Source of the DNA: Thermoplasmatota archaeon
Lineage (GTDB): Archaea; Thermoplasmatota; E2; DHVEG-1
NCBI GenBank assembly: GCA_025457885.1
Contig: JALOTN010000004.1
Coordinates: forward strand, 10,875 to 74,874
Direction of reading: 5' to 3'
DNA: 64,000 nt
Numbering within the stretch: the first letter of the stretch is position 1; every line of letters begins with the position of its first letter. The notes below the pieces were generated by a model. It saw only the letters and a program-made list of their open reading frames with translations, ran no database searches and was not told the origin of the DNA. Below, piece after piece: positions 16,729-24,564 of this stretch. The position numbers were made by a program, and so were the translations under genes.

Positions 16729-18543
16729 TCATATCTCTTGTGGGGGAACAATCGGTAAGGTAAACCGGAAGGTACTACCTTTCCCCAATTCACTGTCTAC
16801 CCATATCTTCCCACCATGGGAAAGGACCACACCTTGCGCTATCGTAAAACCAAGTCCTTCAATCCCTGTGTCAATCTGGTAGAGGATGTCAAAAATCTTT
16901 TTCTGTTTGTTCTTTGGGATGCCTTGACCAAAGTCCTGCACTTCAAAGATGATATCATCGCGTTCTTTATTGACTTTCACAGAGATATTTGATCCTTCCG
17001 GGGAGACGTTGATGGCGTTCTGCAGGAGGTTTACAAGGACCTGTCTGATGCGTTCCTGATCAATCATCATCTCCGGGAGGTCCTCATCGATTTCTTTCAT
17101 GATTTGAATTTGTTTATCTTCTGCTGCGTTTTGTATTGCACCAGTCGCAGTGTGTATCAACCTCTGGATGTCTGTTTTTTCTGGGATGAATTTCATTGTT
17201 CCTGACTCTAGATGAGAGACATCGACGGTGTCCTGGATGAGTTGGTCTAATCGATCGGTGTTTGTGAGGATCACCTCAAGACCCTTTCGTTGTTCTTCTG
17301 TGATGGGGCCAAGGCTTTTCATGAGCAGTATCTCGACGTATCCTTTGATGGTCGCCATGGATGTTCGTAACTCATGAGAGGTGACGCTTAGGAAATTTGA
17401 TTTGATATGATCTAGTTTTTTTAATCGAGTGTTTTGTTGTTCGATTTTCTTTTGTGCTTTCTGCAGTTTCTCCAGCTGGACATGGAGTTCTCCGATGGTG
17501 CGTTTGTATTCATTGGTGTGTTTTTTCAGCATCTGGTTTTCTTTAGCGAGGTCTACGGTGCGCTCCTGGACTTTTTTATCTAACCAGAAATGGGCTTTAT
17601 GAAGCTCCTCTTCGATTTTTTTCCGACCTGTGACATCTTCCATGGTGGAATACACTGAAAGCGTGCCACCGGTCTCATTGAAGCTGAGAAAATCATGAAT
17701 GATGAAGACGCGTGGTTCACCATTCTTGGTAATGTAGGTCCGTTCATGGCCTCCCGCGTAAGGTTTTTTGTTGTTGATTTTTTCTTTGAAGGAGGCTTTT
17801 GCGGCTTCTTGTTCGTCACCGTGGATGTACTCAAAGATTGAGTTTCCAATGACTTCAGTTTTTGTGTAGCCAAACAGGTTGCACCATTTTTCATTGACAT
17901 CCGTAATCGTCCCATCGGACGCAAGGGTATGGTAGGGGACGGGTGCTTTTTCGTAGAGTTGTTTGAATTTTTCTTCGGAGGCTCGTAGGGCGTGTTCCAT
18001 TTGTTTGTTCTGTGTATTGTCTTTGATAATGCCAATTGAGCCAATCACGTTGTTGATACGGTCTTTGAGGACGCTAAGGGAGATGTCGACGTCGATGAAG
18101 GTGTTATCCTTTCTAATCATCTGGGTTTCCATATGGTGTTGGATGCCTTTCTGTCTGATGTTTTCGGAGCGGATTTTCTTCCATTCCTCTGGTGGGTAGA
18201 GGTATTTAACGGGTCGCATTATGAGTTCTTCTCGGGTCAGTCCGAGGAGTCGTTCGGTGTATTTGTTCCAATGAACAATCCGTTCATTCTCATCAGTCAG
18301 CATGATGGCGACCGCGGAGTTGTCAAAGATGATTCGGTATTTTTGGCTTGGGTCTCCCAGGTCAATGGTTCTGATGTCCTCCTCCTTACGGTGTCGGAGG
18401 ATGGTGAATATCGAATCCAGTGGCTCTTCCTCAAGTTCCCTGGGGATGACGATCGTATGTTTTCCTGGGGTGTGGGCTCGTAGTTTTCCCATGCGTTCTT
18501 CTTGTCGTAAGGTCTGGATGATCTCCGGGTCTTCTTTTTTCAT
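16729..18543 (-). CDS. Cytoplasmic PAS-PAS sensor histidine kinase
   Basis: Two PAS domains, a coiled coil, H-box SHELRTSM and an HATPase domain (NA, DFGQGIP, GGKIWVDSELGKGSTF). GGAGG precedes ATG 18543. Confidence 0.9.
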   Translation of the reverse strand: MKKEDPEIIQTLRQEERMGKLRAHTPGKHTIVIPRELEEEPLDSIFTILRHRKEEDIRTIDLGDPSQKYRIIFDNSAVAIMLTDENERIVHWNKYTERLLGLTREELIMRPVKYLYPPEEWKKIRSENIRQKGIQHHMETQMIRKDNTFIDVDISLSVLKDRINNVIGSIGIIKDNTQNKQMEHALRASEEKFKQLYEKAPVPYHTLASDGTITDVNEKWCNLFGYTKTEVIGNSIFEYIHGDEQEAAKASFKEKINNKKPYAGGHERTYITKNGEPRVFIIHDFLSFNETGGTLSVYSTMEDVTGRKKIEEELHKAHFWLDKKVQERTVDLAKENQMLKKHTNEYKRTIGELHVQLEKLQKAQKKIEQQNTRLKKLDHIKSNFLSVTSHELRTSMATIKGYVEILLMKSLGPITEEQRKGLEVILTNTDRLDQLIQDTVDVSHLESGTMKFIPEKTDIQRLIHTATGAIQNAAEDKQIQIMKEIDEDLPEMMIDQERIRQVLVNLLQNAINVSPEGSNISVKVNKERDDIIFEVQDFGQGIPKNKQKKIFDILYQIDTGIEGLGFTIAQGVVLSHGGKIWVDSELGKGSTFRFTLPIVPPQEI

Positions 18544-18639
18544 GGTTTTCCTCCTGGATTCTTTCCTCTTTTTCTTTTTAACACTCACGCTGACCTACAG
18601 TGAGTCGTATTTGTGGATGAGTCTGAGTGACCCATCGTG

Positions 18640-18671
18640 ATCCCATCAAATTGTATCCCATCAAATTGTAT
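18640..18671. repeat. Perfect 15-bp tandem duplication (ATCCCATCAAATTGT x2)
   Basis: Read directly; a partial CCCATC copy lies at 18631-18636. Confidence 0.85.
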
Positions 18672-18839
18672 ATGAAAAAGGAAACATTTTTTGGTATAAA
18701 ACCATTTGGTTTGTTGCGTGTGTTTTTTCTCTCTCAAAGAATACAGTATTATTTTCAAGGCACTGCATCCGTTCCAACCAGCAGACCCCATTATTTATAA
18801 AAAGAAAAATATATTAATCATGAAAAGAACCATTGAGCT

Positions 18840-19196
18840 ATGAGGTTCCTGAAGGGTTTCTTCATACTCATCCTACTTAGCCTTGGCATCATCGCAATAT
18901 TTTTTCCTGCAGCGGTGTTCGTCCATGAGGCCACTCATTCTCTCCTCTATAGCCTTGAGGGGATAGCGGTGACTTCATTCCATGTTCTTGACCCGGAATC
19001 TGTACATGCTGGTCGATTCGGTTTCATCACCACTGCAACAGAATCCAGATACGGTTCTTTTTTCCATGAGATCGTCGCAACCATCAGCACCTCTCTGTTC
19101 ATCGCTGGTGTCCTCATCTTCTTCCTCTTAGGTATCTTAAAAAAAATAACCATTCACCAATTAGAATGCATAGGAGTACATCGAACCTCCCAATAA
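18840..19196 (+). CDS. Small membrane protein with HExxH, metalloprotease-like
   Basis: VFVHEATH follows a TM helix; second TM near the C-terminus. Confidence 0.55.
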   Translation: MRFLKGFFILILLSLGIIAIFFPAAVFVHEATHSLLYSLEGIAVTSFHVLDPESVHAGRFGFITTATESRYGSFFHEIVATISTSLFIAGVLIFFLLGILKKITIHQLECIGVHRTSQ

Positions 19197-19257
19197 GACC
19201 TCTCATAGATATCCTCCCTTGAAAAACACAACCTTCTTTTGTAACGCACAACCAAGG

Positions 19258-19611
19258 TTATTTTAAAAACTCCATCAGATTTGTTTCCCCTATCCTTACC
19301 TGAGGGAACCTACCGATGAGCTGCTTTGCTATTTCTGATAAAATACTTTTCACACCTGCTGTCTTTTCAACATCACTGCCAGGATAGATCCTGATAACAA
19401 ACCCATCATCCCGCTGACCAATCAACGTAAAAAAACTCCTTTTTTTTCCCTCTTCAATCGCGAGACTCTCGATAAGGATACTAGATTTATCTCGACTTAT
19501 ATACATCGCATCTGTCTTTAAAATCCCCCCTTGATTCCGGATTAAAACCGGTTCTAATAAAGGAAAGATATCATCCACATGGATAGCACCAGTAAGAACA
19601 ACATGAGGCAT
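19258..19611 (-). CDS. Hypothetical protein
   Basis: Clean 117-aa ORF with GGTG upstream and globular composition. Confidence 0.7.
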   Translation of the reverse strand: MPHVVLTGAIHVDDIFPLLEPVLIRNQGGILKTDAMYISRDKSSILIESLAIEEGKKRSFFTLIGQRDDGFVIRIYPGSDVEKTAGVKSILSEIAKQLIGRFPQVRIGETNLMEFLK

Positions 19612-19781
19612 TTTTTCACACCAAGGAGCTGATATCCTCTCAGGTTCTTAATCTTTGAGTCCCCATTGCCTATGTCGCATCAGCGTAATCATCTACATCC
19701 GATATTCCCCATAGGTATATTTTAATAGCATTATCTCCTCATTATCAGTCGGTGAATCCTGCGAAAAAACCATCTGAGACG

Positions 19782-20447
19782 ATGCCTCAACAGTTTCATT
19801 TTCATGATTTAGTAATCTCCTTACATCCTGAGGTCTATGATCCTGCAGAGGATTCCTTCCTCTTGCTTGAATCTCTCATGATTAGCCCAAAGGACACAAT
19901 TTTAGAGCTAGGCACTGGGTGTGGTCTGATCGCCTTAGCCTGTGCCTTTCAAGGAGCAACGGTGGTCTGTACAGATATCAATCCGTATGCCGTCCAACTT
20001 ACCCGTCAGAACATCGAAAAAAACAGCCATCTTCTCAAAGGAGTAATCACCGTTCGACAAGGAGATTTGTTTTCCATGGTGAAAAACTCGGAACGATTCA
20101 ACTTGATTCTGTTCAATCCTCCCTATCTTCCCACGAAAAAAAACGAAAGAACAGACACCTGGTTCAATGTTGCGACCGATGGAGGACCCACCGGTCTGCG
20201 GCTGACCAAACAATTCCTTCATGGCCTCCGTCAGCATCTTCAGCCAGATGGTGCTGGATATTTCATCTTCAGCTCCTTGTCGAACCGGATTCTTCTGGAG
20301 AAATACCTTAAAAAGGAACAGCTCTCCTCAACGATTCTTACCACAAAACGATATGACGGGGAGGACCTTGACGTCTACCGCGTCACTCCGACAGCTTCAA
20401 ATCAACAAAAAGAGTTACGTTCCCCAACTGAGGCACGCACCACATGA
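19782..20447 (+). CDS. HemK2/PrmC-like SAM methyltransferase (release-factor glutamine methyltransferase family)
   Basis: VYDPAEDSFLL, LELGTGCG, DINPYA, LFNPPYLP and DGGPTG; start at 19752 or 19782. Confidence 0.9.
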   Translation: MPQQFHFHDLVISLHPEVYDPAEDSFLLLESLMISPKDTILELGTGCGLIALACAFQGATVVCTDINPYAVQLTRQNIEKNSHLLKGVITVRQGDLFSMVKNSERFNLILFNPPYLPTKKNERTDTWFNVATDGGPTGLRLTKQFLHGLRQHLQPDGAGYFIFSSLSNRILLEKYLKKEQLSSTILTTKRYDGEDLDVYRVTPTASNQQKELRSPTEARTT

Positions 20448-21013
20448 CCGATGATCTTTACCCCTGGGGTGGTGAATTCACCACATGCTCACCACATGGT
20501 TGCGTCGCAGTCGTACTCCTCAATATCCAGTACACCCCACCAGAGAGCATCGCCATCTACGGACCTTTAAAAACAGAGAATATCGGCATTGAAAAAATCA
20601 TTGCAAACGTCATTTCAAATCCCTTTATTCGTTATTTAGTACTCTGTGGTGAGGACATCCGGGGACATCGCTCAGGCGCCTCCCTTGTCGCCTTGCATAA
20701 AAATGGGATTGATCAGAATCATCGTATCATTGATGCACTTGGTGCCATCCCTTACATCGAAAACCTCCACCAAGAAGCGATTAAAAGATTCCAGGATCAA
20801 TTAACCATCATCAATCTCCTTGGAGTGACACAAAAAGACCATATCGATGCCGTCATCACAGACTGCAACCAAAAGGCACCCCCCTCATTTGGTGCCCCCT
20901 ACATTGCGATACGCATCAAACCACAGGCGACGGTGACCCTCACAGACAATCGAGCGTTACATTCAAGGATTATTATTGATTATTTAGGGAACATCAAAAA
21001 AAGAGGTATGTGA
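20444..21013 (+). CDS. mtrA: MtrA/MtxA-like corrinoid protein, soluble, without a C-terminal TM anchor
   Basis: GPLKTENIGIEKIIANVISNPFIRYLVLCGEDIRGHRSG (cobamide-ligating His), RIIDALGAIPYIENL and RFQDQL. Confidence 0.9.
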   Translation: MTDDLYPWGGEFTTCSPHGCVAVVLLNIQYTPPESIAIYGPLKTENIGIEKIIANVISNPFIRYLVLCGEDIRGHRSGASLVALHKNGIDQNHRIIDALGAIPYIENLHQEAIKRFQDQLTIINLLGVTQKDHIDAVITDCNQKAPPSFGAPYIAIRIKPQATVTLTDNRALHSRIIIDYLGNIKKRGM

Positions 21014-21916
21014 ATGTTTTCATTTACAAAAGAACAGAAAATCTTCGACATCTCCGGTGTAACCATCGGAGGCCAACCCGGGATGTACCCCACTGTCTTA
21101 TTTGGTGGGTTGTTCTTCAAAGGCGAACCGGATTTCGAGGATGCGAAACGACACCTGCAGGTCTTCTATGACCGCAGCAAACAAACCGGAGTCCCTGTCA
21201 TCCCTGATTTCTTCATCAGGAAAGTCGAGTATATCGACCCTATCCTCTCCTTCATTGAAAAGACAATCCCCCGGAAACACCCTTTCTCTGTTGACATCAT
21301 CGAACCATCTTTGAAGATACAGACCTTGGAACAGCTCGCACACAGAAAACTCCTGCCCCGAACAATCTATAACTCTCTACACATCGGGATGACCAGCGAG
21401 GAACATGAGGCATTACAGACACATCCACCAGAGGCAGCTATCCTCGTCGCATTTAATCCGAAAGACAAATCCCCTGATGGAAAAATCGAGGTTCTTGAGA
21501 ACGGGGCACATCTTATGGAACAAGGATTGTTGAAAACCGCTCAGGATATCGGTATTACGAAACTGCTGATTGACACTGCGGCACTTGCCCCTGGTGAGAA
21601 CAGCGGGGCTGCGATCGCTGCCATCCCCGTCATCAAGGAGGAATACGGTTTACCCACAGGGTGCGCTATCCATAATGTCGTTGAGAAATCCCGGTGGTTA
21701 AACGACTTCCCCTTCGCGAAAAAAACAGTCGACGTCAGCTCCAATACCACCATCCCGCTCTTCGGCGGGGATTACGCACTCTTCGGACCTATTGAAAACA
21801 CAGAACTCATTCTCCCGCTCATCGCCTGGCAAGACATCCTCATCTCCGAGTATACTGAGAATTATTTCGGAATCATCCCAACTGCTTCACATCCTCGGAG
21901 GAAACTACTCAAATGA
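21014..21916 (+). CDS. mtrH: MtrH/MtxH-like methyl-pterin:corrinoid methyltransferase
   Basis: MFSFTKEQKIFDISGVTIGGQPGMYPTVLFG, IYNS, LLIDTA, YGLPTGCAIHN and GGDYALFGPIEN. Confidence 0.9.
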   Translation: MFSFTKEQKIFDISGVTIGGQPGMYPTVLFGGLFFKGEPDFEDAKRHLQVFYDRSKQTGVPVIPDFFIRKVEYIDPILSFIEKTIPRKHPFSVDIIEPSLKIQTLEQLAHRKLLPRTIYNSLHIGMTSEEHEALQTHPPEAAILVAFNPKDKSPDGKIEVLENGAHLMEQGLLKTAQDIGITKLLIDTAALAPGENSGAAIAAIPVIKEEYGLPTGCAIHNVVEKSRWLNDFPFAKKTVDVSSNTTIPLFGGDYALFGPIENTELILPLIAWQDILISEYTENYFGIIPTASHPRRKLLK

Positions 21917-22812
21917 GACAGAAGATACAGACCAGTGTCATCGGATCCTACCCGGTCTTCATCAACACCCAGGAGATCATGAACCTCTATTTTACTGAAC
22001 AACCAATACCCTGGGCTCCCTACATCCGCCAAGCAGTCCAGGACATGACCACCGCAGGCATCACCAACGTTTCTGATGGCCAGACCAGGGATCCCTTTAT
22101 CCAGTTATTCACCAGAAAAATGAAAGGATGCCGCGTCAGGCAACGACCTGAGATTATCGGAAAAGTACAATACCAAGACCCCATCACCGTTGATGATCAG
22201 ATCTATGCCAAACGACTCCTCCCTAGACATACCAAGCTTATCGGGGTCCTCACTGGTCCGTATACTCTTGCGAAATCCTCCGTTGACTCCTTCTATCATG
22301 ATGAAAAAGAACTTGCTTTTGATTTTGCAACCGCCCTTCGAAAAGAAGCAGAACATCTAGTAAAACATGTCGATTTCATCAGCATCGATGAACCGGTTTT
22401 CTCCAATGAACTCCCCGAGTACGCATCGGAGCTACTCCAAACCATCACTAAAGATCTCTCCTGCCAGACACGACTGCATGTCTGCGGCGATGTCTCCGGT
22501 ATCATCCCGCAACTCGTAGACATGCCAGTTGACATCCTTTCCCACGAGTTCAAAGCCTCACCACATCTCTTTGAGGGTTTCATCGAATACCCCTGCAAGA
22601 AACACATGTGTATCGGTGCAGTCCGCTCCGATGAGGTACGAGTGGAGTCCGTCGAGGAAATCGTCACCCATGTCAGAAAAGCTCTCAGTGTGTTTGATGG
22701 AAACATCTCTCAAATCTCCCCTGACTGCGGACAGCGGCTTCTCCCAAGAGAACATGCGTTTCAAAAACTGAAAAACCTTGCATTAGCAGGAGAGATACTC
22801 AATGGCGGATAA
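21913..22812 (+). CDS. metE: Single-barrel core methionine synthase (MetE catalytic domain, MesA-like)
   Basis: TSVIGSYP, SDGQTR, LTGPYTLA and IDEP; Zn ligands LHVCG, HEF and SPDCG. Only 299 aa. Confidence 0.88.
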   Translation: MRQKIQTSVIGSYPVFINTQEIMNLYFTEQPIPWAPYIRQAVQDMTTAGITNVSDGQTRDPFIQLFTRKMKGCRVRQRPEIIGKVQYQDPITVDDQIYAKRLLPRHTKLIGVLTGPYTLAKSSVDSFYHDEKELAFDFATALRKEAEHLVKHVDFISIDEPVFSNELPEYASELLQTITKDLSCQTRLHVCGDVSGIIPQLVDMPVDILSHEFKASPHLFEGFIEYPCKKHMCIGAVRSDEVRVESVEEIVTHVRKALSVFDGNISQISPDCGQRLLPREHAFQKLKNLALAGEILNGG

Positions 22813-23128
22813 AGAAATCCCATTAATTCAAGCAAAGAAAACCACGGAAAAAGATGTTCTCCTAGATCCCAACGGTTTTTTCGTCATCGAGGTCGACAGA
22901 AAAACCATCCGCGTGGAATACTACTCAAACGTGTACAAAAATAAACGAATCGTCTCAGGGATCCTCCAAAAAGTATTCACTGGAACCTCCGCTGATGCCT
23001 TATCTGACACCATCGCATCCCATGTTCCCCCTTTACGACCTGAACATTACCTATACCTTGGTCGTGAGCTACAGAAAGCACAACTCGCGTTCGAACACCA
23101 GAAAAAATACATCCAAGGTGGATGCTAA
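22802..23128 (+). CDS. DUF4346-family protein
   Basis: LDPNGFFVIEVD..FTG..A..L..HYLYLGRELQKA..YIQ. Confidence 0.8.
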   Translation: MADKEIPLIQAKKTTEKDVLLDPNGFFVIEVDRKTIRVEYYSNVYKNKRIVSGILQKVFTGTSADALSDTIASHVPPLRPEHYLYLGRELQKAQLAFEHQKKYIQGGC

Positions 23129-23130
23129 CC

Positions 23131-23280
23131 TCATATAAACCGTTCCTCGTACCGCATGAGATGTTTTTTCCTCTGAATCAACAATGTTTTTTTCTTCAAA
23201 GCAGCCATGTCCCGTTTATCGATTTTTGGTTTTGTATGAAAAAATTGCTTATCACGAGGCGGCTGATAATGCGATCTCAT
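23131..23280 (-). CDS. Small basic protein, 49 aa, not in the ORF track
   Basis: MRSHYQPPRDKQFFHTKPKIDKRDMAALKKKTLLIQRKKHLMRYEERFI; GGAGG at 23291-23295 and a TATA-like TAATATAAA at about 23319-23327. Confidence 0.5.
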   Translation of the reverse strand: MRSHYQPPRDKQFFHTKPKIDKRDMAALKKKTLLIQRKKHLMRYEERFI

Positions 23281-23349
23281 GGTGAACCATCCTCCATTAT
23301 ATCTTATAACAGCGTAGGTTTATATTAGTGTAACGACAAAAAAAAAAGA

Positions 23350-24132
23350 CTACGATTGTTTCTTCACCGATTCATTTCTGGTCACATGAAACTCTGTTTT
23401 CCCGTTACACCATTTTTTTGTGATATTACTCACCGTGATGGTCTCCCCAATACGACAGGGTTGGATATCCTTTACGTTCCGATCCCAAAGGATTAAATTT
23501 TTTTGTGTATTCTGCTGTTTCATCGTAATCGATGTCACAAAACCAACCTCTCCATCGTCCTTGAAGAACGCTTTTGTGGGTTCTTTCAAGAGTAGGACTC
23601 CAGTGATCTCCTCAGAATACTCCTTTGTTGGCTGCAAGGATGACACATCAGATGGTTCCACCTCTAAAAGCCCCCATCGACCAAGATGAATCTCCATCCC
23701 ACCCGTATACCCCGTCTTGGTGTATCCATTGATGATCTTCACACGTGTCCCTGGTTTGATTTCCTTGTTTTTTATCGAGTCAATATCCCCATTCCATAAA
23801 ACGAGTCGGCAGGAACCGGATTCATCTGCTATCTCGAGATTTACGACCTTTCCTGGGGAGCCGTTCTTTCTTTTAAATGACTTTGAGTCTGAGACGTTTT
23901 GGACTACCCCGGCCACGGTATACTCCCCGTTGGCGGTGAGGTCAGCGATTTTTATGATGCTTTGGGTGTTTCTCCCCAGTTGATCGACCAGGAGGAACGC
24001 AATGGTGTCCTTGTCTATCAGCTCATCATATTGTTTATATTGTTTGTTAATTTCTTTTTCAAATTCTTTTATCGGCTTGATGTCAGCGATGAGTTTGAGA
24101 AGCTCTATTTTTGTCTTATGCATCCGCAGCAT
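23350..24132 (-). CDS. OB-fold ssDNA-binding protein, RPA-like
   Basis: FKRKNGSPGKVVNLEIADESGSCRLVLWN and a second OB fold (FFKDDGEVGFV..LILWD). Confidence 0.85.
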   Translation of the reverse strand: MLRMHKTKIELLKLIADIKPIKEFEKEINKQYKQYDELIDKDTIAFLLVDQLGRNTQSIIKIADLTANGEYTVAGVVQNVSDSKSFKRKNGSPGKVVNLEIADESGSCRLVLWNGDIDSIKNKEIKPGTRVKIINGYTKTGYTGGMEIHLGRWGLLEVEPSDVSSLQPTKEYSEEITGVLLLKEPTKAFFKDDGEVGFVTSITMKQQNTQKNLILWDRNVKDIQPCRIGETITVSNITKKWCNGKTEFHVTRNESVKKQS

Positions 24133-24249
24133 GTCACGGTATGCGGTCTTCTTTCTTATAGTCTGCTGTGTGAATAAAAAAAAAAATGGGGAAAGTGTGG
24201 TAGTTGGGATTGCACCACGGGATGATTCAGGTTACTGGAAGATGAACTC

Positions 24250-24396
24250 TTAGGTAGATCGAATTGATTTATGGTCGTTTTTCCAGGGGAGTGTGGTTTG
24301 TTTGTAATAGGGTTTTGTTTTTTTCTTCTCTGTCTTCTGATACCCGTATTTGTATTCCCCATTCCCTCCATAGCGCTTCTCGGTATAGTGCTTCAT
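24250..24396 (-). CDS. Small basic K/Y-rich protein, 48 aa, not in the ORF track
   Basis: MKHYTEKRYGGNGEYKYGYQKTEKKKTKPYYKQTTLPWKNDHKSIRST; GAGGTG 7 nt upstream, TTTAAATA at about 24461-24468, and a poly-T tract downstream. Confidence 0.5.
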   Translation of the reverse strand: MKHYTEKRYGGNGEYKYGYQKTEKKKTKPYYKQTTLPWKNDHKSIRST

Positions 24397-24564
24397 TTTT
24401 CTTCACCTCTCTTCCCGCCGCTTTTATGGCGGGACGCATGGTGGATTCTGTGCTTTTTCCTATTTAAAGCTGATCTGTGAAAATGTCAAAAAGGAAAAAA
24501 GAACCTTGGCATCAACAGAGGGAAATCATATATATAATATAGCTGATATAAAGTCGTTAGAGGG

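Noticed and set aside
18631-18671. Tandem repeat as a CRISPR remnant
   Set aside because: Only two adjacent 15-bp units, with no spacers and no cas genes.
20444-21916. mtrA and mtrH as evidence of methanogenesis
   Set aside because: No membrane Mtr subunits or mcr in the window, MtrA has no anchor, and the context is methionine synthesis.
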